Source: Mobula hypostoma
Taxonomy: Eukaryota
Direction of reading: 5' to 3'
Assembly: GCF_963921235.1 (NCBI RefSeq)
Contig: NC_086101.1
Span: 2,482,001-2,546,000 of the forward strand
DNA: 64,000 nucleotides
This document shows, in pieces, positions 48,601 to 62,056 of this stretch. The translations under genes and the position numbers were made by a program. Below the pieces are notes generated by a model that saw only the letters and a program-made list of their open reading frames with translations, had not been told where the DNA came from and made no database searches. Positions within the stretch are counted from its first letter, which is position 1; each line of letters starts with the position of its first letter.

Positions 48601-51600
48601 ATGGAACGTTTCCGTGCACGTTGGTGGTGGGTTAAGGAGGTGTATGGAATGTTTCCGTGCACGTTGATGGTGGGTTAAGGAGGTGTATGGAATGTTTCCG
48701 TGCACGTTGGTGGTGGGTTAAGGAGGTGTACGGAATGTTTCCGTGCACGTTGGTCAGACGGTTGAGGAGGTGTATGGAACGTTTCCGTGCACGTTGGTGG
48801 TGGGTTAAGGAGGTGTATGGAATGTTTCCGTGCACGTTGGTGGTGGGTTAAGGAGGTGTATGGAACGTTTCCGTGCACGTTGGTCAGACGGTTAAGGAGG
48901 TGTATGGAACGTTTCCGTGCACGTTGGTCAGACGGTTAAGGAGGTGTATGGAATGTTTCCGTGCACGTTGATGGTGGGTTAAGGAGGTGTATGGAACGTT
49001 TCCGTGCACGTTGGTGGTGGGTTAAGGAGGTGTATGGAACGTTTCCGTGCACGTTGGTGGTGGGTTAAGGAGGTGTATGGAACGTTTCCGTGCACGTTGG
49101 TCAGACGGTTGAGGAGGTGTATGGAACGTTTCCGTGCACGTTGGTCAGACGGTTAAGGAGGTGTACGGAACGTTTCCGTGCACGTTGGTCAGACGGTTAA
49201 GGAGGTGTATGGAACGTTTCCGTGCACGTTGGTCAGACGGTTAAGGAGGTGTACGGAACGTTTCCGTGCACGTTGGTGGTGGGTTAAGGAGGTGTATGGA
49301 ACGTTTCCGTGCACGTTGGTCAGACGGTTAAGGAGGTGTATGGAACGTTTCCGTGCACGTTGGTCAGACGGTTAAGGAGGTGTACGGAACGTTTCCGTGC
49401 ACGTTGGTCAGACGGTTAAGGAGGTGTACGGAACGTTTCCGTGCACGTTGGTCAGACGGTTAAGGAGGTGTACGGAACGTTTCCGTGCACGTTGGTCAGA
49501 CGGTTAAGGAGGTGTACGGAACGTTTCCGTGCACGTTGGTCAGACGGTTAAGGAGGTGTACGGAACGTTTCCGTGCACGTTGGTCAGACGGTTAAGGAGG
49601 TGTACGGAACGTTTCCGTGCACGTTGGTCAGACGGTTAAGGAGGTGTACGGAACGTTTCCGTGCACGTTGGTCAGACGGTTAAGGAGGTGTACGGAACGT
49701 TTCCGTGCACGTTGGTCAGACGGTTAAGGAGGTGTACGGAACGTTTCCGTGCACGTTGGTGGTGGGTTAAGGAGGTGTATGGAACGTTTCCGTGCACGTT
49801 GGTCAGACGGTTAAGGAGGTGTATGGAATGTTTCCGTGCACGTTGATGGTGGGTTAAGGAGGTGTATGGAACGTTTCTGTGCACGTTGGTCAGACGGTTA
49901 AGGAGGTGTATGGAACGTTTCCGTGCACGTTGGTGGTGGGTTAAGGAGGTGTATGGAACGTTTCTGTGCACGTTGGTCAGACGGTTAAGGAGGTGTATGG
50001 AACGTTTCCGTGCACGTTGGTCAGACGGTTAAGGAGGTGTATGGAATGTTTCCGTGCACGTTGGTGGTGGGTTAAGGAGGTGTATGGAACGTTTCCGTGC
50101 ACGTTGGTCAGACGGTTAAGGAGGTGTATGGAATGTTTCCGTGCACGTTGATGGTGGGTTAAGGAGGTGTATGGAACGTTTCTGTGCACGTTGGTCAGAC
50201 GGTTAAGGAGGTGTATGGAACGTTTCTGTGCACGTTGGTGGTGGGTTAAGGAGGTGTATGGAACGTTTCCGTGCACGTTGGTGGTGGGTTAAGGAGGTGT
50301 ATGGAATGTTTCTGTGCACGTTGGTCAGACGGTTAAGGAGGTGTATGGAACGTTTCTGTGCACGTTGGTCAGACGGTTAAGGAGGTGTACGGAACGTTTC
50401 CGTGCACATTGGTCAGACGGTTAAGGAGGTGTATGGAACGTTTCCGTGCACGTTGGTCAGACGGTTAAGGAGGTGTATGGAACGTTTCTGTGCACGTTGG
50501 TGGTGGGTTAAGGAGGTGTATGGAACGTTTCCGTGCACGATGGTCAGACGGTTAAGGAGGTGTATGGAACGTTTCCGTGCACATTGGTGGGATGGTTAAG
50601 GAGGTGTATGGAACGTTTCTGTGCACGTTGGTGGGATGGTTAAGGAGGTGTGTGGAACGTTTCCGTGCACGTTGATGGTGGGTTAAGGAGGTGTATGGAA
50701 CGTTTCCGTGCACGTTGGTGGTGGGTTAAGGAGGTGTATGGAACGTTTCCGTGCACGTTGGTGGGATGGTTAAGGAGGTGTACGGAATGTTTCCGTGCAC
50801 GTTGATGGTGGGTTAAGGAGGTGTATGGAACGTTTCCGTGCACGTTGGTGGTGGGTTAAGGAGGTGTATGGAACGTTTCCGTGCACGTTGGTGGTGGGTT
50901 AAGGAGGTGTATGGAACGTTTCCGTGCACGTTGGTGGTGGGTTAAGGAGGTGTATGGAACGTTTCCGTGCACGTTGGTGGGATGGTTAAGGAGGTGTACG
51001 GAATGTTTCCGTGCACGTTGGTGGTGGGTTAACGAGGTGTATGGAATGTTTCTGTGCACGTTGGTGGTGGGTTAAGGAGGTGTATGGAACGTTTCCGTGC
51101 ACGTTGGTGGTGGGTTAAGGAGGTGTATGGAACGTTTCCGTGCACGTTGGTGGTGGGTTAAGGAGGTGTATGGAACGTTTCTGTGCACGTTGGTCAGACG
51201 GTTAAGGAGGTGTATGGAACGTTTCCGTGCACGTTGATGGTGGGTTAAGGAGGTGTATGGAACGTTTCCGTGCACGTTGGTGGTGGGTTAAGGAGGTGTA
51301 TGGAACGTTTCCGTGCACGTTGGTCAGACGGTTAAGGAGGTGTATGGAACGTTTCCGTGCACGTTGGTCAGATGGTTAAGGAGGTGTATGGAACGTTTCC
51401 GTGTACGTTGGTGGTGGGTTAAGGAGGTGTATGGAACGTTTCCGTGCACGTTGGTGGTGGGTTAAGGAGGTGTATGGAATGTTTCCGTGCACGTTCGTTA
51501 GACGGTTAAGGAGGTGTATGGAATGTTTCCGTGCGCGTTGGTGGTGGGTTAAGGAGGTGTATGGAACGTTTCCGTGCACGTTGGTGGTGGGTTAAGGAGG

Positions 51601-54600
51601 TGTATGGAATGTTTCCGTGCACGTTGGTGGTGGGTTAAGGAGGTGTATGGAACGTTTCCGTGCACGTTGGTGGTGGGTTAAGGAGGTGTATGGAACGTTT
51701 CCGTGCACGTTGGTCAGACGGTTAAGGAGGTGTATGGAACGTTTCCGGGCACGTTGGTGGGATGGTTAAGGAGGTGTATGGAATGTTTCCGTGCACGTTG
51801 GTCAGACGGTTAAGGAGGTGTATGGAACGTTTCTGTGCACGTTGGTGGTGGGTTAAGGAGGTGTATGGAACGTTTCCGTGCACGTTGGTCAGACGGTTAA
51901 GGAGGTGTATGGAACGTTTCCGTGCACGTTGGTGGTGGGTTAAGGAGGTGTATGGAACGTTTCCGTGCACGTTGGTGGGATGGTTAAGGAGGTGTATGGA
52001 ACGTTTCCGTGCACGTTGGTCAGACGGTTAAGGAGGTGTACGGAACGTTTCTGTGCACGTTGGTCAGACGGTTAAGGAGGTGTATGGAACGTTTCCGTGC
52101 ACGTTGGTGGTGGGTTAAGGAGGTGTATGGAACGTTTCCGTGCACGTTGGTGGTGGGTTAAGGAGGTGTATGGAACGTTTCCGTGCACGTTGGTCAGACG
52201 GTTAAGGAGGTGTATGGAACGTTTCCGTGCACGTTGATGGTGGGTTAAGGAGGTGTATGGAACGTTTCCGTGCACGTTGGTCAGACGGTTAAGGAGGTGT
52301 ATGGAACGTTTCCGTGCACGTTGGTCAGATGGTTAAGGAGGTGTATGGAATGTTTCCGTGCACGTTGGTGGTGGGTTAAGGAGGTGTATGGAACGTTTCC
52401 GTGCACGTTGGTGGTGGGTTAAGGAGGTGTATGGAATGTTTCCGTGCACGTTGGTGGTGGGTTAAGGAGGTGTATGGAACGTTTCCGTGCACGTTGGTGG
52501 TGGGTTAAGGAGGTGTATGGAACGTTTCCGTGCACGTTGGTCAGACGGTTAAGGAGGTGTATGGAACGTTTCCGGGCACGTTGGTGGGATGGTTAAGGAG
52601 GTGTATGGAATGTTTCCGTGCACGTTGGTCAGACGGTTAAGGAGGTGTATGGAACGTTTCTGTGCACGTTGGTGGTGGGTTAAGGAGGTGTATGGAACGT
52701 TTCCGTGCACGTTGGTCAGACGGTTAAGGAGGTGTATGGAACGTTTCCGTGCACGTTGGTGGTGGGTTAAGGAGGTGTATGGAACGTTTCCGTGCACGTT
52801 GGTGGGATGGTTAAGGAGGTGTATGGAACGTTTCCGTGCACGTTGGTCAGACGGTTAAGGAGGTGTACGGAACGTTTCTGTGCACGTTGGTCAGACGGTT
52901 AAGGAGGTGTATGGAACGTTTCCGTGCACGTTGGTGGTGGGTTAAGGAGGTGTATGGAACGTTTCCGTGCACGTTGGTGGTGGGTTAAGGAGGTGTATGG
53001 AACGTTTCCGTGCACGTTGGTCAGACGGTTAAGGAGGTGTATGGAACGTTTCCGTGCACGTTGATGGTGGGTTAAGGAGGTGTATGGAACGTTTCCGTGC
53101 ACGTTGGTCAGACGGTTAAGGAGGTGTATGGAACGTTTCCGTGCACGTTGGTCAGATGGTTAAGGAGGTGTATGGAACGTTTCCGTGCACGTTGGTGGTG
53201 GGTTAAGGAGGTGTACGGAATGTTTCCGTGCACGTTGGTGGTGGGTTAAGGAGGTGTATGGAACGTTTCTGTGCACGTTGGTCAGACGGTTAACGAGGTG
53301 TATGGAACGTTTCTGTGCACGTTGATGGTGGGTTAAGGAGGTGTATGGAACGTTTCCGTGCACGTTGATGGTGGGTTAAGGAGGTGTATGGAACGTTTCC
53401 GTGCACGTTGGTGGTGGGTTAAGGAGGTGTATGGAACGTTTCCGTGCACGTTGGTGGTGGGTTAAGGAGGTGTATGGAACGTTTCCGTGCACGTTGGTCA
53501 GACGGTTGAGGAGGTGTATGGAACGTTTCCGTGCACGTTGGTGGTGGGTTAAGGAGGTGTATGGAACGTTTCCGTGCATGTTGGTCAGACGGTTGAGGAG
53601 GTGTATGGAACGTTTCCGTGCACGTTGGTCAGACGGTTGAGGAGGTGTATGGAACGTTTCTGTGCACGTTGGTGGTGGGTTAAGGAGGTGTATGGAACGT
53701 TTCCGTGCACGTTGGTGGTGGGTTAAGGAGGTGTATGGAATGTTTCCGTGCACGTTGGTGGTGGGTTAAGGAGGTGTATGGAACGTTTCCGTGCACGTTG
53801 GTCAGACGGTTGAGGAGGTGTATGGAATGTTTCCGTGCACGTTGGTGGTGGGTTAAGGAGGTGTATGGAACGTTTCCGTGCACGTTGGTCAGACGGTTAA
53901 GGAGGTGTATGGAACGTTTCCGTGCACGTTGGTCAGACGGTTAAGGAGGTGTATGGAATGTTTCCGTGCACGTTGGTGGTGGGTTAAGGAGGTGTATGGA
54001 ACGTTTCCGTGCACGTTGGTCAGACGGTTAAGGAGGTGTATGGAATGTTTCCGTGCACGTTGGTGGTGGGTTAAGGAGGTGTATGGAACGTTTCCGTGCA
54101 CGTTGGTCAGACGGTTAAGGAGGTGTATGGAACGTTTCCGTGCACGTTGGTGGTGGGTTAAGGAGGTGTATGGAACGTTTCCGTGCACGTTGGTCAGACG
54201 GTTAAGGAGGTGTATGGAACGTTTCCGTGCACGTTGGTGGTGGGTTAAGGAGGTGTATGGAATGTTTCCGTGCACGTTGGTGGTGGGTTAAGGAGGTGTA
54301 TGGAACGTTTCCGTGCACGTTGGTGGTGGGTTAAGGAGGTGTATGGAATGTTTCCGTGCACGTTGATGGTGGGTTAAGGAGGTGTATGGAATGTTTCCGT
54401 GCACGTTGGTGGTGGGTTAAGGAGGTGTACGGAATGTTTCCGTGCACGTTGGTCAGACGGTTGAGGAGGTGTATGGAACGTTTCCGTGCACGTTGGTGGT
54501 GGGTTAAGGAGGTGTATGGAATGTTTCCGTGCACGTTGGTGGTGGGTTAAGGAGGTGTATGGAACGTTTCCGTGCACGTTGGTCAGACGGTTAAGGAGGT

Positions 54601-57600
54601 GTATGGAACGTTTCCGTGCACGTTGGTCAGACGGTTAAGGAGGTGTATGGAATGTTTCCGTGCACGTTGATGGTGGGTTAAGGAGGTGTATGGAACGTTT
54701 CCGTGCACGTTGGTGGTGGGTTAAGGAGGTGTATGGAATGTTTCCGTGCACGTTGATGGTGGGTTAAGGAGGTGTATGGAATGTTTCCGTGCACGTTGGT
54801 GGTGGGTTAAGGAGGTGTATGGAACGTTTCCGTGCATGTTGGTCAGACGGTTGAGGAGGTGTATGGAACGTTTCCGTGCACGTTGGTCAGACGGTTGAGG
54901 AGGTGTATGGAACGTTTCTGTGCACGTTGGTGGTGGGTTAAGGAGGTGTATGGAACGTTTCCGTGCACGTTGGTGGTGGGTTAAGGAGGTGTATGGAATG
55001 TTTCCGTGCACGTTGGTGGTGGGTTAAGGAGGTGTATGGAACGTTTCCGTGCACGTTGGTCAGACGGTTGAGGAGGTGTATGGAATGTTTCCGTGCACGT
55101 TGGTGGTGGGTTAAGGAGGTGTATGGAACGTTTCCGTGCACGTTGGTCAGACGGTTAAGGAGGTGTATGGAACGTTTCCGTGCACGTTGGTCAGACGGTT
55201 AAGGAGGTGTATGGAATGTTTCCGTGCACGTTGGTGGTGGGTTAAGGAGGTGTATGGAACGTTTCCGTGCACGTTGGTCAGACGGTTAAGGAGGTGTATG
55301 GAATGTTTCCGTGCACGTTGGTGGTGGGTTAAGGAGGTGTATGGAACGTTTCCGTGCACGTTGGTCAGACGGTTAAGGAGGTGTATGGAACGTTTCCGTG
55401 CACGTTGGTGGTGGGTTAAGGAGGTGTATGGAACGTTTCCGTGCACGTTGGTCAGACGGTTAAGGAGGTGTATGGAACGTTTCCGTGCACGTTGGTGGTG
55501 GGTTAAGGAGGTGTATGGAATGTTTCCGTGCACGTTGGTGGTGGGTTAAGGAGGTGTATGGAACGTTTCCGTGCACGTTGGTGGTGGGTTAAGGAGGTGT
55601 ATGGAATGTTTCCGTGCACGTTGATGGTGGGTTAAGGAGGTGTATGGAATGTTTCCGTGCACGTTGGTGGTGGGTTAAGGAGGTGTACGGAATGTTTCCG
55701 TGCACGTTGGTCAGACGGTTGAGGAGGTGTATGGAACGTTTCCGTGCACGTTGGTGGTGGGTTAAGGAGGTGTATGGAACGTTTCCGTGCACGTTGGTGG
55801 TGGGTTAAGGAGGTGTATGGAACGTTTCCGTGCACGTTGGTCAGACGGTTAAGGAGGTGTATGGAACGTTTCCGTGCACGTTGGTCAGACGGTTAAGGAG
55901 GTGTATGGAATGTTTCCGTGCACGTTGGTGGTGGGTTAAGGAGGTGTATGGAACGTTTCCGTGCACGTTGGTGGTGGGTTAAGGAGGTGTATGGAATGTT
56001 TCCGTGCACGTTGGTGGTGGGTTAAGGAGGTGTATGGAAAGTTTCCGTGCACGTTGGTCAGACGGTTAAGGAGGTGTATGGAACGTTTCCGTGCACGTTG
56101 GTGGTGGGTTAAGGAGGTGTATGGAACGTTTCCGTGCACGTTGGTGGTGGGTTAAGGAGGTGTATGGAACGTTTCCGTGCACGTTGGTGGTGGGTTAAGG
56201 AGGTGTATGGAACGTTTCCGTGCACGTTGGTCAGACGGTTGAGGAGGTGTATGGAATGTTTCCGTGCACGTTGGTGGTGGGTTAAGGAGGTGTATGGAAC
56301 GTTTCGTGCACGTTGGTGCGGTTAAGGAGGTGTATGGAACGTTTCCGTGCACGTTGGTCAGACGGTTAAGGAGGTGTATGGAATGTTTCCGTGCACGTTG
56401 GTGGTGGGTTAAGGAGGTGTATGGAACGTTTCCGTGCACGTTGGTCAGACGGTTAAGGAGGTGTATGGAACGTTTCCGTGCACGTTGGTGGTGGGTTAAG
56501 GAGGTGTATGGAACGTTTCCGTGCACGTTGGTGGTGGGTTAAGGAGGTGTATGGAACGTTTCCGTGCACGTTGGTCAGACGGTTAAGGAGGTGTATGGAA
56601 CGTTTCCGTGCACGTTGGTGGTGGGTTAAGGAGGTGTATGGAACGTTTCCGTGCACGTTGGTGGTGGGTTAAGGAGGTGTATGGAACGTTTCCGTGCACG
56701 TTGGTGGTGGGTTAAGGAGGTGTATGGAACGTTTCCGTGCACGTTGGTGGTGGGTTAAGGAGGTGTATGGAACGTTTCCGTGCACGTTGGTCGGTTAGGA
56801 GGTGTATGGAACGTTTCCGTGCACGTTGGTGGTGGGTTAAGGAGGTGTATGGAATGTTTCCGTGCACGTTGGTGGTGGGTTAAGGAGGTGTATGGAACGT
56901 TTCCGTGCACGTTGGTCAGACGGTTAAGGAGGTGTATGGAACGTTTCCGTGCACGTTGGTCAGACGGTTAAGGAGGTGTATGGAATGTTTCCGTGCACGT
57001 TGGTGGTGGGTTAAGGAGGTGTATGGAACGTTTCCGTGCACGTTGGTGGTGGGTTAAGGAGGTGTATGGAATGTTTCCGTGCACGTTGGTGGTGGGTTAA
57101 GGAGGTGTATGGAACGTTTCCGTGCACGTTGGTGGTGGGTTAAGGAGGTGTATGGAACGTTTCCGTGCACGTTGGTCAGACGGTTAAGGAGGTGTATGGA
57201 ACGTTTCCGTGCACGTTGGTGGTGGGTTAAGGAGGTGTATGGAACGTTTCCGTGCACGTTGGTGGTGGGTTAAGGAGGTGTATGGAACGTTTCCGTGCAC
57301 GTTGGTGGTGGGTTAAGGAGGTGTATGGAACGTTTCCGTGCACGTTGGTGGTGGGTTAAGGAGGTGTATGGAACGTTTCCGTGCACGTTGGTCAGACGGT
57401 TAAGGAGGTGTATGGAACGTTTCCGTGCACGTGTCGACGTATGAGTTTCCGTGGTGGGTTAAGGAGGTGTATGGAACGTTTCCGTGCACGTTGGTGGTGG
57501 GTTAAGGAGGTGTATGGAACGTTTCCGTGCACGTTGGTCAGACGGTTAAGGAGGTGTATGGAACGTTTCCGTGACGTTGGTGGTGGGTTAAGGAGGTGTA

Positions 57601-60600
57601 TGGAACGTTTCCGTGCACGTTGGTCAGACGGTTAAGGAGGTGTATGGAACGTTTCCGTGCACGTTGGTGGTGGGTTAAGGAGGTGTATGGAACGTTTCCG
57701 TGCACGTTGGTCAGACGGTTAAGGAGGTGTATGGAACGTTTCCGTGCACGTTGGTCTGACGGTTAAGGAGGTGTATGGAACGTTTCCGTGCACGTTGGTG
57801 GTGGGTTAAGGAGGTGTATGGAACGTTTCCGTGCACGTTGGTGGTGGGTTAAGGAGGTGTATGGAAACGTTGTGGTGGGTTAAGGAGGTTTGGAACCGTG
57901 CACGTTGGTTAAGGAGGGTTAAGGAGGTGTATGGAACGTTTCCGTGCACGTTGGTGGACGGTTAAGGAGGTGTATGGAACGTTTCCGTGCACGTTGGTGG
58001 TGGGTTAAGGAGGTGTATGGAACGTTTCCGTGCACGTTGGTGGTGGGTTAAGGAGGTGTATGGAACGTTTCCGTGCACGTTGGTCAGACGGTTAAGGAGG
58101 TGTATGGAACGTTTCCGTGCACGTTGGTCAGATGGTTAAGGAGGTGTATGGAAGTTTCCGTGCACGTTGGTGGGTTAGGAGGTGTAGGAAGTTTCCGTGC
58201 ACGTTGGTGGTGGGTTAAGGAGGTGTATGGAACGTTTCGTGTGCACACGTTTCCGTGCACGGTGGTGGGTTAAGGAGGTGTATGGAACGTTTCCGTGCAC
58301 GTTGGTGGTGGGTTAAGGAGGTGTATGGAACGTTTCCGTGCACGTTGGTCAGACGGTTAAGGAGGTGTATGGAACGTTTCCGTGCACGTTGGTGGTGGGT
58401 TAAGGAGGTGTATGGAACGTTTCCGTGCACGTTGGTGGTGGGTTAAGGAGGTGTATGGAACGTTTCCGTGCACGTTGGTGGGAGGTTAAGGAGGTGTATG
58501 GAACGTTTCCGTGCACGTTGGTCAGACGGTTAAGGAGGTGTATGGAACGTTTCCGTGCACGTTGGTGGTGGGTTAAGGAGGTGTATGGAACGTTTCCGTG
58601 CACGTTGGTCAGACGGTTAAGGAGGTGTATGGAACGTTTCCGTGCACGTTGGTCAGACGGTTAAGGAGGTGTATGGAATGTTTCCGTGCACGTTGGTGGT
58701 GGGTTAAGGAGGTGTATGGAACGTTTCCGTGCACGTTGGTGGTGGGTTAAGGAGGTGTATGGAATGTTTCCGTGCACGTTGGTGGTGGGTTAAGGAGGTG
58801 TATGGAACGTTTGCACCGTGCACGTTGGTCAGACGGTTAAGGAGGTGTATGGAACGTTTCCGTGCACGTTGGTGCAGGGTTAAGGAGGTGTATGGAATGT
58901 TTCCGTGCACGTTGGTGGTGGGTTAAGGAGGTGTATGGAACGTTTCCGTGCACGTTGGTGGTGGGTTAAGGAGGTGTATGGAACGTTTCCGTGCACGTTG
59001 GTGGTGGGTTAAGGAGGTGTATGGAACGTTTCCGTGCACGTTGGTGGTGGGTTAAGGAGGTGTATGGAACGTTTCCGTGCACGTTGGTGGTGGGTTAAGG
59101 AGGTGTATGGAACGTTTCCGTGCACGTTGGTCAGACGGTTAAGGAGGTGTATGGAACGTTTCCGTGCACGTTGTGGTGGGTTAAGGAGGTGTATGGAACG
59201 TTTCCGTGCACGTTGGTGACGGTTAAGGAGGTGTATGGAACGTTTCTGTGCACGTTGTGGTGGGTTAAGGAGGTGTATGGAACGTTTCCGTGCACGTTGG
59301 TGGTGGGTTAAGGAGGTGTATGGAACGTTTCCGTGCACGTTGGTCAGACGGTTAAGGAGGTGTATGGAACGTTTCCGTGCACGTTGGTCAGACGGTTAAG
59401 GAGGTGTATGGAACGTTTCCGTGCACGTTGGTGGTGGGTTAAGGAGGTGTATGGAACGTTTCCGTGCACGTTGGTGGTGGGTTAAGGAGGTGTATGGAAC
59501 GTTTCCGTGCACGTTGGTCAGACGGTTAAGGAGGTGTATGGAACGTTTCCGTGCACGTTGGTGGTGGGTTAAGGAGGTGTATGGAACGTTTCCGTGCATG
59601 TTGGTCAGACGGTTCAGGAGGTGTATGGAACGTTTCCGTGCACGTTGGTCAGACGGTTGAGGAGGTGTATGGAACGTTTCTGTGCACGTTGGTGGTGGGT
59701 TAAGGAGGTGTATGGAACGTTTCCGTGCACGTTGGTGGTGGGTTAAGGAGGTGTATGGAACGTTTCCGTGCACGTTGGTGGTGGGTTAAGGAGGTGTATG
59801 GAATGTTTCCGTGCACGTTGGTGGTGGGTTAAGGAGGTGTATGGAACGTTTCCGTGCACGTTGGTCAGACGGTTGAGGAGGTGTATGGAATGTTTCCGTG
59901 CACGTTGGTGGTGGGTTAAGGAGGTGTATGGAACGTTTCCGTGCACGTTGGTCAGACGGTTAAGGAGGTGTATGGAACGTTTCCGTGCACGTTGGTCAGA
60001 CGGTTAAGGAGGTGTATGGAACGTTTCCGTGCACGTTGGTGGTGGGTTAAGGAGGTGTATGGAACGTTTCCGTGCACGTTGGTCAGACGGTTAAGGAGGT
60101 GTATGGAATGTTTCCGTGCACGTTGGTGGTGGGTTAAGGAGGTGTATGGAACGTTTCCGTGCACGTTGGTCAGACGGTTAAGGAGGTGTATGGAACGTTT
60201 CCGTGCACGTTGGTGGTGGGTTAAGGAGGTGTATGGAACGTTTCCGTGCACGTTGGTGGTGGGTTAAGGAGGTGTATGGAACGTTTCCGTGCACGTTGGT
60301 CAGACGGTTAAGGAGGTGTATGGAACGTTTCCGTGCACGTTGGTGGTGGGTTAAGGAGGTGTATGGAATGTTTCCGTGCACGTTGGTGGTGGGTTAAGGA
60401 GGTGTATGGAATGTTTCCGTGCACGTTGGTGGTGGGTTAAGGAGGTGTATGGAACGTTTCCGTGCACGTTGGTGGTGGGTTAAGGAGGTGTATGGAACGT
60501 TTCCGTGCACGTTGGTGGTGGGTTAAGGAGGTGTATGGAACGTTTCCGTGCACGTTGGTCAGACGGTTAAGGAGGTGTATGGAACGTTTCCGTGCACGTT

Positions 60601-62056
60601 GGTCAGACGGTTAAGGAGGTGTATGGAATGTTTCCGTGCACGTTGTGGTGGGTTAAGGAGGTGTATGGAATGTTTCCGTGCACGTTGGTGGTGGGTTAAG
60701 GAGGTGTATGGAACGTTTCCGTGCACGTTGGTGGTGGGTTAAGGAGGTGTATGGAACGTTTCCGTGCACGTTGGTGGTGGGTTAAGGAGGTGTATGGAAC
60801 GTTTCCGTGCACGTTGGTGGTGGGTTAAGGAGGTGTATGGAACGTTTCCGTGCACGTTGGTGGTGGGTTAAGGAGGTGTATGGAACGTTTCCGTGCACGT
60901 TGGTCAGACGGTTAAGGAGGTGTATGGAACGTTTCCGTGCACGTTGGTGGTGGGTTAAGGAGGTGTATGGAATGTTTCCGTGCACGTTGGTGGTGGGTTA
61001 AGGAGGTGTATGGAACGTTTCCGTGCACGTTGGTGGTGGGTTAAGGAGGTGTATGGAACGTTTCCGTGCACGTTGGTCAGACGGTTAAGGAGGTGTATGG
61101 AATGTTTCCGTGCACGTTGGTGGTGGGTTAAGGAGGTGTATGGAACGTTTCCGTGCACGTTGGTCAGACGGTTAAGGAGGTGTATGGAACGTTTCCGTGC
61201 ACGTTGGTGGTGGGTTAAGGAGGTGTATGGAACGTTTCCGTGCACGTTGGTGGTGGGTTAAGGAGGTGTATGGAACGTTTCCGTGCACGTTGGTCAGACG
61301 GTTAAGGAGGTGTATGGAACGTTTCCGTGCACGTTGGTCAGACGGTTAAGGAGGTGTATGGAACGTTTCCGTGCACGTTGGTCAGACGGTTAAGGAGGTG
61401 TATGGAACGTTTCCGTGCACGTTGGTCAGACGGTTAAGGAGGTGTATGGAACGTTTCCGTGCACGTTGGTGGTGGGTTAAGGAGGTGTATGGAACGTTTC
61501 CGTGCACGTTGGTCAGACGGTTAAGGAGGTGTATGGAACGTTTCCGTGCACGTTGGTCAGACGGTTAAGGAGGTGTATGGAATGTTTCCGTGCACGTTGG
61601 TGGTGGGTTAAGGAGGTGTATGGAACGTTTCCGTGCACGTTGGTCAGACGGTTAAGGAGGTGTATGGAATGTTTCCGTGCACGTTGGTCAGACGGTTGAG
61701 GAGGTGTACGGAATGTTTCTGTGCACGTTGGTCAGACGGTTAAGGAGGTGTATGGAACGTTTCCGTGCACGTTGGTCAGACGGTTAAGGAGGTGTATGGA
61801 ATGTTTCCGTGCACGTTGGTGGTGGGTTAAGGAGGTGTATGGAACGTTTCCGTGCACGTTGGTCAGACGGTTAAGGAGGTGTATGGAACGTTTCCGTGCA
61901 CGTTGGTCAGACGGTTGAGGAGGTGTACGGAATGTTTCTGTGCACGTTGGTCAGACGGTTAAGGAGGTGTATGGAACGTTTCCGTGCACGTTGGTCAGAC
62001 GGTTAAGGAGGTGTATGGAACGTTTCCGTGCACGTTGGTCAGACGGTTAAGGAGGC
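42693..62056. repeat. 43/44-bp minisatellite, about 445 units, 19.4 kb
   Basis: Interspersed units GTGCACGTTGGTCAGACGGTTAAGGAGGTGTATGGAACGTTTCC (44 bp) and GTGCACGTTGGTGGTGGGTTAAGGAGGTGTATGGAACGTTTCC (43 bp). Confidence 0.99.

Noticed and set aside
42693..62056. CRISPR-like look (constant palindromic part plus a short variable part)
   Set aside because: The variable part has only two or three recurring states of about 6-7 bp rather than unique spacers. There are no cas genes, the context is vertebrate, and the unit traces to CR1.
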